Of a DNA stretch of 51,348 bases, positions 1 to 7,203 are shown piece after piece. The first letter of the stretch is position 1, and every line of letters starts with the position of its first letter. The stretch is from a virus. Its lineage: Duplodnaviria > Caudoviricetes. The DNA lies in IMG/VR virus record IMGVR_UViG_3300012940_000033, positions 1 through 51,348 of that record; one strand, written 5' to 3'. Under the pieces are notes generated by a model. That model was not told where the DNA came from, ran no database searches, and saw nothing but the letters and a program-made list of their open reading frames with translations. The position numbers and the translations under genes are program-made.

Positions 1-12
1 AGGGCGCAGAGC
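1..12 (+). other. Probable cohesive end (cos) sequence
   Basis: The window begins AGGGCGCAGAGC. Its last 9 nt match the phage Chi 12-nt cohesive end as I recall it (GGTGCGCAGAGC). The genome has a lambda GpA-type terminase and Chi-like gene order. Confidence 0.6.
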
Positions 13-144
13 CGCGATGCAGGATTTTCTGCCGAATTTTTTCCGGGGTGCTCTTTTTTTTTCGGACCAACCTCGTGGCGGGGCCCACTTTGATAACAGA
101 TTGTTATGTTTATGTTGTAGTTCCCGGCCAGTTCGGGAAAATTA

Positions 145-429
145 CTGTCAGGCTGACAGTAAGTCGGAGTTACTGACAGTAGGCGGAAAGCTAGCAACCA
201 TGCGGGTTTCGCGGGATCGGCTGACACGCTGTCAGTAAAAACCGCGTTTTCTAAACATATATAGGCAAAAAATTTTTCTACTAATTTTTTTCTCTCATAC
301 ATATAAATCTTAAAAATTACTGTCAGTACTGTCAGCCTAGCTGGAAACCCGCATGAAATAAGGCTTTGCGTGGCTGACAGTCCGCTGACAGTAATGGCCG
401 GCTGACACGAGTACTGTCAGCACTGTCAG
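145..429. repeat. Cluster of CTGACAG/CTGTCAG heptamers flanking an AT-rich tract (putative replication origin or terminase-binding region)
   Basis: Exact copies at 145, 153, 173, 229, 320, 329, 374, 385, 414 and 423, plus CTGACAC at 221 and 402. AT-rich core at ~250-320. 12-bp inverted repeat at 199-210/344-355. Confidence 0.75.
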
Positions 430-450
430 CCGATCCGCACCTGGTCGGCG

Positions 451-478
451 AAAAAAAAAAACCGCCCCGAAGGGCGGC
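451..478 (-). terminator. Rho-independent terminator of the primase-helicase gene
   Basis: Minus strand reads CCGCCC-TTCG-GGGCGG followed by 11 T, ~30 nt after the stop at 509. Confidence 0.85.
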
Positions 479-508
479 GAACGTGACGAACGTGACAGGC
501 GCACCTGG

Positions 509-2953
509 TCACAGTCCGGCAGCGGGGTCCTCGTCTTCCCACACTTCGTCGTCGTTCATCCCGAGCAGTGGCGGAACAAGGTGCTTGCGAGTCCCGTGCT
601 TGCCGATGCGAGCTGCGGTCTTGCCGGTGATCTTCTTCAGGATTCGCCCGATGGACCCGGCCTGGCCCTTGTTCGGGTGGTCGTATCCGATTGCCCGAAG
701 GATCTCCGTGGCCGTCATTGCCCGCCACTCTGCTTCGTTCTGGTTGGCCCAGTCGAATTTGGCCCGCAGCTTTTCCTCGATGGGGTCCGGCACTTCGTAG
801 TTCTGGTTTTCCTCGTTGAGGATGGCTTCCTCTTCTTTCGAGAGGTGCCAGCGCTCGCCGGCCTCGTAGTGCTCGTAGATTTCGGCCCACACCTGCTGCA
901 TGTCGATCTTGTGCTGGTAGTCGAGAGCCTCGACTGCGACGGTCCACCAGCGGGTGTTTCCGGTGTCGTCCACCAGGAACGCCGCGTCGTTGACCGACCC
1001 GCAGAAGACCGTTCGGCGCTGGTACTGCGAAACTGCCTTCGCATACGGCTGGCGCAGCTTGTCGAACGGCATGGTCACGAACGCCTTCAGGCGGGCGATG
1101 TCGGCCTTCTTGAAGAGTCCGTCCAGCTCACCCAGCTCGACGATCCAGTGGCTGACCGCCCGCACCACGGAGTCGCGGTTTTCTGGGTCGATGATCGCGC
1201 CGTCCAGGACCGCTTTGGCGCTGCGCGGGGCGAGGCGCTTGAACCAGCGCGTCTTACCGATGCTCTGTGCGCCCGTGAATACCAGCACGCCGCGGGACTC
1301 GAAGCCGTCCTCGTTGAAGATCGCCGCGACCGCCGAGATCATCCAGCGGTAGATCAGGATGTCGCGTAGCTTCTTCGGGTAGCCTTCCTGCACCTTCACG
1401 GTGTTGAAGAACTTCTCCAACCGCGGCATGCCGTCCCAGGGCTTGGCCGTGATCCAGTCGGCAACCGGGTGGTAGGGGTTCTCGGCCGCGACACGCAAAG
1501 CGTAGCTGGTCGCCTTGTTCGAACTCATGTTGTTCAGCTCGCACATGCTTTCCAGCTCGGCAAACGCCGCGTTGTCCCACTCTTCGGCCACCGCGTACAT
1601 GCCAGGGATCATGAACTCGGGCTTCTTCGCCATGACGTTGTATTTCGCCGTCACGCCGTAGGTGTCGAGCATGAACCGGAAGTTAGTTAAGGTCGCCTTG
1701 GGCGCGTCGTCCTTGGTCAGGTCCGGGAACGCGAACGACCCAATCATCTGGCCGATCTTCACGGAACCAAGTTCGCCGTTGTAGGCGACCAGGCGTCGTG
1801 CGCCGGCGACGCTGATCTTGAGACCGAGCGACTTGAACTTCTCGACGATGGCCGTGGCGAACATCTCCCGAGAGAGGTCGTCCATGCGGGTCTTGCTGAC
1901 GCTCTCGGCCGTTGCGCGGATCTGCTCTTCGCTCTCGGCGGCCTTCAGTTCTTCACGCAGGGCCGCGATATCGGCAGCTTCTTCCTCGCCGCGCAGCTCA
2001 CGGATGGCCGCTTTGCCGTCTTCGCCGGCGAGCTTCAGTATCAGGCGTGCGGTGACCGGCACCTTGCGCTTCCCGTCCACACCGAGCTTGCCGCGACGCC
2101 ACTTGTCGTCGATCTCGTCCGGGTCGTATTCGTCTTCGTCGTAGACCGTCTTGGACCACTCATGCCAGAGCTGGCGGCCTTCCTTGGCGCCGTCGAACTG
2201 GTGGTAGAGGGCCATGCCGATCTGAAGCCAGGCGTCGTAGCCTTCCTGGCGCGGGACGCACATCAGCGCAGCGCGGATTTCTTCGAAGCTGAGGTCTTCG
2301 ACCTTGCGGTTGGCCTCATCCTGGACGGCCCAGTCGTCGAGATTGACGTTGCCGGCCGGCCTGGTTGCCAGTTCGGTCGAAACTGACTTCCCGACGAGCG
2401 GGCGCAGGTGCTTTTCGATGAAGGGGGTCAGGTCAACAGGGTCGCACTCGTCGAAGATCGGGTCTTTCAGTGCCTCAGCGGTGACCGTGAAGAATCGGCC
2501 CTGGGCATAGAACTCAACTCCGGCCGTCTTGCTGGTGGCGCTTTCGAACAGCGGGCCATATCCGATGGCGTGGTAGCCTCTGCCGCTGGGCGAGCGCTCG
2601 ACGTACCCGGGCAGGATTTCCACCAGGTCTTCGAGGCCATGCGCTTCAACGTCGTCGAGGTCGATGCCTTGCCAGTACATGCCGTTTTCGTCGCGACCGA
2701 GTGCGAAGCCGAGCCCGGTGTACTTGCCAGAGCGCAGCGCCTTGAGCGCAGTTTTGAGCGTGACTAGTTGCGCAGCGTCATCGCTGATGTCGCCGTTCCG
2801 GGGCAATCCGTTGGCGTAGAACGGGACCTTCCGCGGTTTCTTTCCAGGCTTGTCGCTTGCAATCGACTTCCACAGTAGCCAGCGCTTTGCTTCGCGCATC
2901 TGCTTTGGAAGAGACTGCACCGCCACGACGATATCTTCTATTGCTTTTTCCAT
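509..2953 (-). CDS. Primase-helicase (AEP/primpol-like N-terminus, PriCT-2, VapE-type P-loop ATPase)
   Basis: Primpol motifs GIDLD, ERSPSGRGYH and GRFFTVT; PriCT-2-like YDAWLQIGMAL; Walker A GAQSIGKT and WIVELGELD. Confidence 0.85.
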   Translation of the reverse strand: MEKAIEDIVVAVQSLPKQMREAKRWLLWKSIASDKPGKKPRKVPFYANGLPRNGDISDDAAQLVTLKTALKALRSGKYTGLGFALGRDENGMYWQGIDLDDVEAHGLEDLVEILPGYVERSPSGRGYHAIGYGPLFESATSKTAGVEFYAQGRFFTVTAEALKDPIFDECDPVDLTPFIEKHLRPLVGKSVSTELATRPAGNVNLDDWAVQDEANRKVEDLSFEEIRAALMCVPRQEGYDAWLQIGMALYHQFDGAKEGRQLWHEWSKTVYDEDEYDPDEIDDKWRRGKLGVDGKRKVPVTARLILKLAGEDGKAAIRELRGEEEAADIAALREELKAAESEEQIRATAESVSKTRMDDLSREMFATAIVEKFKSLGLKISVAGARRLVAYNGELGSVKIGQMIGSFAFPDLTKDDAPKATLTNFRFMLDTYGVTAKYNVMAKKPEFMIPGMYAVAEEWDNAAFAELESMCELNNMSSNKATSYALRVAAENPYHPVADWITAKPWDGMPRLEKFFNTVKVQEGYPKKLRDILIYRWMISAVAAIFNEDGFESRGVLVFTGAQSIGKTRWFKRLAPRSAKAVLDGAIIDPENRDSVVRAVSHWIVELGELDGLFKKADIARLKAFVTMPFDKLRQPYAKAVSQYQRRTVFCGSVNDAAFLVDDTGNTRWWTVAVEALDYQHKIDMQQVWAEIYEHYEAGERWHLSKEEEAILNEENQNYEVPDPIEEKLRAKFDWANQNEAEWRAMTATEILRAIGYDHPNKGQAGSIGRILKKITGKTAARIGKHGTRKHLVPPLLGMNDDEVWEDEDPAAGL

Positions 2954-2987
2954 ATTTCGAGGGACGCGAGAAGTTGTCGTGGGAGCG

Positions 2988-3305
2988 TCAGAGTTCGTCG
3001 GATTCGGCGGTGGTGGGTGCTCTGAAGATTTCGTTCAAATATTCACGCGGGATTATGTTCGGTCCGATGAGCGATTCGAGTCGAGAAATGAAGCTGATGG
3101 GGAAGTTCCTGTCGTAGCGGCCTTCCGCGAGCGCCGTAGAGACGGTGCGCTCGTAATAGCCCATTGCGCTGGACAGTGCGCTGAGCGACCCGTCTGGTGT
3201 CCCGTAGAGCGCTGCCAACTGCGTAATGAACCTGGCTCTCGCCCTGGGCTGCTTGTGCTTGGGCAACGTTTCCAGCCACTTCGGGAGTGCGAACTTATTT
3301 TCCAT
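2988..3305 (-). CDS. Small putative DNA-binding/regulatory protein
   Basis: 105-aa ORF with a GAG/AG-rich RBS, directly upstream of the primase and divergent from the replication operon; HTH-like segment LSALSSAMGYYERTVSTAL. Confidence 0.55.
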   Translation of the reverse strand: MENKFALPKWLETLPKHKQPRARARFITQLAALYGTPDGSLSALSSAMGYYERTVSTALAEGRYDRNFPISFISRLESLIGPNIIPREYLNEIFRAPTTAESDEL

Positions 3306-3479
3306 TTCTCTTACCTCACTTGATGGTAGTTCGCCGGATTGTACCCGACATAACGCAACGTGCTGTCACTGTTACATTTTTGCCTCGTTGCGCCAGTTGC
3401 ACGCGATCACTTTTTGTTGTTTAATCTCTCTGACGTTGTTGATCAACGCCGCTGCGATAATTTTCAAACCGGAGAAATC
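3306..3479. promoter_or_regulatory. Divergent intergenic control region
   Basis: AT-richer non-coding gap between divergently oriented operons; no exact promoter assigned. Confidence 0.45.
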
Positions 3480-3887
3480 ATGAGCCTCGAACAAGCCCTT
3501 CAAGAAAACACTGCCGCCATCAAAGAACTCATCGCCGCGCTGAACGGCGCCAAGGCCGCTTCCGCGGCTGCTCCCGCTGCCGTCGCTCCGCAGGCCGACA
3601 CCGAGCCTGCTGAAGAGAAGAAGGTCAAGCGCTCTCGCAAGGCCGAGCCTGCCGACGACGCGGATGACGAGGAAAGCAAGCCGAAGTACACTTTCGAGCA
3701 AGCCAAGGCTGCCGCCGTGAAGGTCAAGGATACCCTCGGTGCCAAGGTCGCGAAGGAACTCATCAAGACCGCAGGCAAGGCCGCTGAACTGGCCGAACTC
3801 AAGCCCGAGAACTATGGTGCCCTGATCGCCGCGTGCGAGAAGGCACTGAAGGAAGCCGATGAGTCGAGCGACGACGACGCTCTCTGA
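3480..3887 (+). CDS. Conserved phage protein (Ala/Lys/Glu-rich, MSLEQALQENTAAI type)
   Basis: GGAGA RBS before the ATG at 3480 (M41 of the 3360 ORF); typical first gene of DUF2800/DUF2815/polymerase operons. Confidence 0.7.
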   Translation: MSLEQALQENTAAIKELIAALNGAKAASAAAPAAVAPQADTEPAEEKKVKRSRKAEPADDADDEESKPKYTFEQAKAAAVKVKDTLGAKVAKELIKTAGKAAELAELKPENYGALIAACEKALKEADESSDDDAL

Positions 3888-3903
3888 TCGATAGACCGGC
3901 GAC

Positions 3904-4059
3904 CCAGGCTTCGGCCTGGCGCCGTCTCAGGCTGGCCCGCTGCCACTTTCTGCCGTCCATCCCCACACGTCGGCGGCTCATTCAGCGGTCCCGCACTCAC
4001 CGCTGACCCCGCCCCACCTCGGCCGCCGACGGGGCAGCGGGCCACCCTGAGACGACGCC
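3904..4059 (+). ncRNA. Putative structured RNA or cis-element: UUCG hairpin plus nested rod-like stem-loop
   Basis: CCAGGC-TTCG-GCCTGG at 3904-3919; 3918-3944 pairs with 4033-4059 (25/27); 3968-3977 with 4022-4031 (10/10); 3982-3989 with 3999-4006 (8/8). Confidence 0.55.
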
Positions 4060-4072
4060 CGCAGCTAATTCG

Positions 4073-5089
4073 ATGAAACCTGCCTACTACAACGAGATCG
4101 ACCCCTTCGCCGCACAGTGGCTTCGAAACTTGATCTCCGCTGGCCTTATCGCTCCCGGCGATGTCGATGAGCGCAGCATTGAAGATGTCCATCCGTCTGA
4201 TTTGAAACCTTATGCCCAATGCCACTTCTTCGCAGGTATCGGAGTTTGGAGTTACGCACTTCGTCGGGCAGGCTGGCCGGACGATAAACACGTCTGGACA
4301 GGATCGTGTCCTTGCCAACCTTTCAGCACGGCAGGCAAAGGAACAGGATTTGCTGACGAGCGGCATCTTTGGCCGGCCTGGAATCACCTCATCGATGAGT
4401 GCCGACCTGCAATCATTTTTGGAGAGCAGGTTGCGAGTAAGGACGCAGAGCCTTGGATCGACCTTGTACAAGCTGACTTGGAAGCAATGGACTACGCCTT
4501 CGGGTGTGTCCCGTTTCCGTCTGCGGGCGTCGGTGCGCCGCACGTCCGAGACCGTCTTTACTGGGTGGCGCAGTCCGAACACGGTAGACGCGAAGCTCGG
4601 CAACCGGAATGGGATTGGCCAAGTCCAGCTCTGCCACCAAGTGCTACTCGCGGGCTGGCCGACCTGCACGGCGATGGACGCGAACCGCGGGGCGAAGGAG
4701 GCACGCCCGTGGGACACCGGACGGCCTCTGAACCAAATCGCGGCGCTGGCCGGTTGGAGCACCCCGGCAGCGCGGGACTGGCGCAGCGCGAGCGGATCCC
4801 AGGGGTTCCTGGCGGCGAGACTGGAGCAGGCCAGGGGCAAGCCTCTGAGCGAGCAGGCATTCGCGATGTTGCCAGGCCCGGCCCGGTTAACGGCTTCTGG
4901 CGAGATGCTGACTGGCTGCTCTGCCGGGATGGACGCTGGCGGCCAGTTGGACCCGGCACATTCCCGCTGGCTCATGGGTCTCCCGCCAGAGTGGGACGCC
5001 TGCGTGCCTACGGCAACGCGATCAACGCGGAAGCCGCGAAAGTCTTCGTCGAAGTCGTGATGGATTGGCTCGGATACGGGGACTTGTGA
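4073..5089 (+). CDS. DNA (cytosine-5)-methyltransferase, large subunit
   Basis: Motifs FFAGIG (I), GSCPCQPFS (IV), GEQV (VI), [10 protein letters not shown] (VIII) and LRAYGNAI (X); no recognisable motif IX in this frame. Confidence 0.85.
   Translation: MKPAYYNEIDPFAAQWLRNLISAGLIAPGDVDERSIEDVHPSDLKPYAQCHFFAGIGVWSYALRRAGWPDDKHVWTGSCPCQPFSTAGKGTGFADERHLWPAWNHLIDECRPAIIFGEQVASKDAEPWIDLVQADLEAMDYAFGCVPFPSAGVGAPHVRDRLYWVAQSEHGRREARQPEWDWPSPALPPSATRGLADLHGDGREPRGEGGTPVGHRTASEPNRGAGRLEHPGSAGLAQRERIPGVPGGETGAGQGQASERAGIRDVARPGPVNGFWRDADWLLCRDGRWRPVGPGTFPLAHGSPARVGRLRAYGNAINAEAAKVFVEVVMDWLGYGDL
4212..5060 (+). CDS. Overlapping +1-frame ORF, probable small subunit of the C5 methyltransferase (motif IX); start uncertain (4212 or 4395)
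   Basis: 282-codon open frame nested in the MTase gene; [16 protein letters not shown] resembles motif IX; three GW.(S/T)....D repeats. Confidence 0.65.
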   Translation: MPNATSSQVSEFGVTHFVGQAGRTINTSGQDRVLANLSARQAKEQDLLTSGIFGRPGITSSMSADLQSFLESRLRVRTQSLGSTLYKLTWKQWTTPSGVSRFRLRASVRRTSETVFTGWRSPNTVDAKLGNRNGIGQVQLCHQVLLAGWPTCTAMDANRGAKEARPWDTGRPLNQIAALAGWSTPAARDWRSASGSQGFLAARLEQARGKPLSEQAFAMLPGPARLTASGEMLTGCSAGMDAGGQLDPAHSRWLMGLPPEWDACVPTATRSTRKPRKSSSKS

Positions 5090-5091
5090 CC

Positions 5092-6372
5092 ATGTTTGAG
5101 GCTTTGCTTCTCGACTTCATCGCACGCCACTATCGCGAGGCCGCGCATTCGATCTTCGCGCCGTCGGCCTCTGCGATGTGGATGACCTGCCCAGGCTCGT
5201 TGATCCCGAACCTTCTCGCTCCCGATTCGGCCGGCTTCGAGGCTGCCGAGGGCACCGTCGCTCACAGCTTGCACGAAGAATGGCTGAAGACCGGCGAAGC
5301 ACCGCGGCATCGCATCGGCGAAGTCGTGGTGATGAAGGAAGGTGCGAACGAGTTCGAGATCACCATCGATTCGCTGATGCTCGATGCAGTCCAGGAGTCG
5401 GTTGATCGGCTGATCAATCTCCCGGGCGACATCTTCGTCGAGGAAAAGGTCTACTTCTCGGAGCTGACGCCAATCGACAAGCAGGGCGGCACCGCTGACT
5501 TCTATGCGTGCGAGCCCGGCAAGCTGACGATCCGCGATTACAAGCACGGAAAGGGCGTCCTGGTGACTGCTGAGAAAAACTCGCAGGCCATGCTCTACGC
5601 CCTGGGCGTCTTCTACAAGTGGGACTGGCTGTACGATTTCCAGGAGATCGACATCGGCATTCACCAGCCGCGTCTCGATCACTTCGACTATTGGACGGTA
5701 AGCCGCAAGGACCTGCTGAAGTTCGCCAAGCGCGTGAAGGAAGCGGCACACAACGCCTGGCGGCTCAATGCGCCTCTTCAGCCGTCCGACAAGGGCTGCA
5801 AGTTCTGCAAGGTCAAGGCGACGTGCCCGGCCTACGTTAAGGTGCTTGCCGACATCGACGAGGGAGTCTTCGGGCCGGCCGAGTACGAGGCCGAAGAGAT
5901 TGAGAAGGCCGTGTCGGATCTGCGCGATAGCCGCATCGACCCGGACTTCAGGCATCCGACGATGCTGAGCACGGAAGACATGGCGCAACTGCTGCCGTTG
6001 CGCTCGATGGTCGAGAACTGGTTTGCCGCCATCGACACCGAACTCGAAGTGCGGGCGCTGAATGGCGAGCAAATTCCCGGCCGCAAGCTGGTTGAGTCCC
6101 GCACCAACCGCCTCTTCCGTGACGAGAAGCGTGCGATCGAGCGCCTGTCCGAAGCGGGCGTGCATTGGACCGAGCTGTACAAGCTCAGCTTCATATCGCC
6201 TGCGCAGGCTGAGGACCTGCTGCGCACTCGTGGAATGAAGCGCAAGGAGGCTGTAGAATTTCTTGAATCCGTGGTGGTCAAGCCGCCCGGCAAACCGACT
6301 CTTGTGCCGTTAAGCGATAGCCGACCGGCATATGAGCGCCCCGGCGATGATGTGTTTGCGCCGGATCTGTGA
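5092..6372 (+). CDS. DUF2800-type / Cas4-like PD-(D/E)XK exonuclease
   Basis: HSIFAPSAS..W..CPGS, AAEGTVAH, GGTAD, DYKHGKG, QAMLYALG and CKFCKVKATCP; ATG at 5092 just after the MTase stop. Confidence 0.85.
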   Translation: MFEALLLDFIARHYREAAHSIFAPSASAMWMTCPGSLIPNLLAPDSAGFEAAEGTVAHSLHEEWLKTGEAPRHRIGEVVVMKEGANEFEITIDSLMLDAVQESVDRLINLPGDIFVEEKVYFSELTPIDKQGGTADFYACEPGKLTIRDYKHGKGVLVTAEKNSQAMLYALGVFYKWDWLYDFQEIDIGIHQPRLDHFDYWTVSRKDLLKFAKRVKEAAHNAWRLNAPLQPSDKGCKFCKVKATCPAYVKVLADIDEGVFGPAEYEAEEIEKAVSDLRDSRIDPDFRHPTMLSTEDMAQLLPLRSMVENWFAAIDTELEVRALNGEQIPGRKLVESRTNRLFRDEKRAIERLSEAGVHWTELYKLSFISPAQAEDLLRTRGMKRKEAVEFLESVVVKPPGKPTLVPLSDSRPAYERPGDDVFAPDL

Positions 6373-6396
6373 AACCGTGAACCCGTGAGGTTGCAA

Positions 6397-7131
6397 ATGA
6401 GTAATCTGAAAGCCGTGAAGGAAGTGAAGAACGCCGTTCTGTACAAGGATGCTGACGGCAATCCGTACATCAAGATCGAGAACGTGCGTGCGTCGTATCC
6501 GTACCTGGGCACTCCGTCTGAGGACGAGAGCGACGACGGTGGTGATAAGCGTAAGCGTTGGCGCATCGTCCTGATGCTGCCGAAGGAAACTCACGCTGAA
6601 GCGAAGGCGCTTGTCGTTGAGGCTATCCGTGAGGTGATGGGCGAAAACAAGGTCCCCAAGGATCGCTGGTTCATTACCGATGGCGACGACAAGGACGACG
6701 AGAACATGCACGGTCACTGGCTTATTTCCGCGTCCGACGGCAAGTATCGTCCGAAGGCGCGTGACGAGCGCGGCCGCGTGATGGACGACATCGACGACAT
6801 CGACGACAAGTTCTATGGCGGCTGCTGGGTGAGCGCCCTCATTCGTCCGTGGTACTTCGACGGCAAGTCGCGCAACTCCAAGAAGCCTCTGCCCAAGCGT
6901 GTGTGCGCCGGTATCAACGCAGTGAAGTTCGAGCGTGACGACAAGCCGTTCGGCTCCGGCCGTATTGATGACGGCGAGGTGTGGGGTGAGGACGATAGCT
7001 TCGGCGACGACGACGATATGGATACCCGTCCGAAGAATCGCCGTCGTGACGAGGACGACGACGATATGGATACCCGTCCGAAGAAGCGCCGTCGCGACGA
7101 TGACGACGATGACGATGACGACGATCTGTAA
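6397..7131 (+). CDS. DUF2815 family single-stranded DNA-binding protein
   Basis: NVRASYPYL, FYGGCWV and GINAVKFERDDKPFG; very acidic C-terminus; GAGG RBS before the ATG at 6397. Confidence 0.8.
   Translation: MSNLKAVKEVKNAVLYKDADGNPYIKIENVRASYPYLGTPSEDESDDGGDKRKRWRIVLMLPKETHAEAKALVVEAIREVMGENKVPKDRWFITDGDDKDDENMHGHWLISASDGKYRPKARDERGRVMDDIDDIDDKFYGGCWVSALIRPWYFDGKSRNSKKPLPKRVCAGINAVKFERDDKPFGSGRIDDGEVWGEDDSFGDDDDMDTRPKNRRRDEDDDDMDTRPKKRRRDDDDDDDDDDL
7006..7101 (+). repeat. 48-bp tandem duplication in the SSB tail (DDDDMDTRPK[N/K]RRRD[E/D] x2)
   Basis: Units 7006-7053 and 7054-7101 are near identical. Confidence 0.9.
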
Positions 7132-7162
7132 GAAAGCATTCCCCGTCCTCTCTTGAGGGTTT

Positions 7163-7191
7163 GGCCCGGTTATGCGCCGGGCCTCTTTTTC
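7163..7191 (+). terminator. Rho-independent terminator after the SSB gene
   Basis: GGCCCGG-N7-CCGGGCC followed by TCTTTTTC. Confidence 0.7.
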
Positions 7192-7203
7192 CTCTTCGCT
7201 CTT

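Noticed and set aside
3904-4059. Retron msr-msd or tRNA
   Set aside because: No reverse transcriptase ORF was recognised in the window, and there is no cloverleaf or T-loop consensus.
5092-6372. Cas4 as evidence of a CRISPR-Cas system
   Set aside because: It is the DUF2800-type nuclease normally found in phage replication modules; no cas1/cas2 or array is present.
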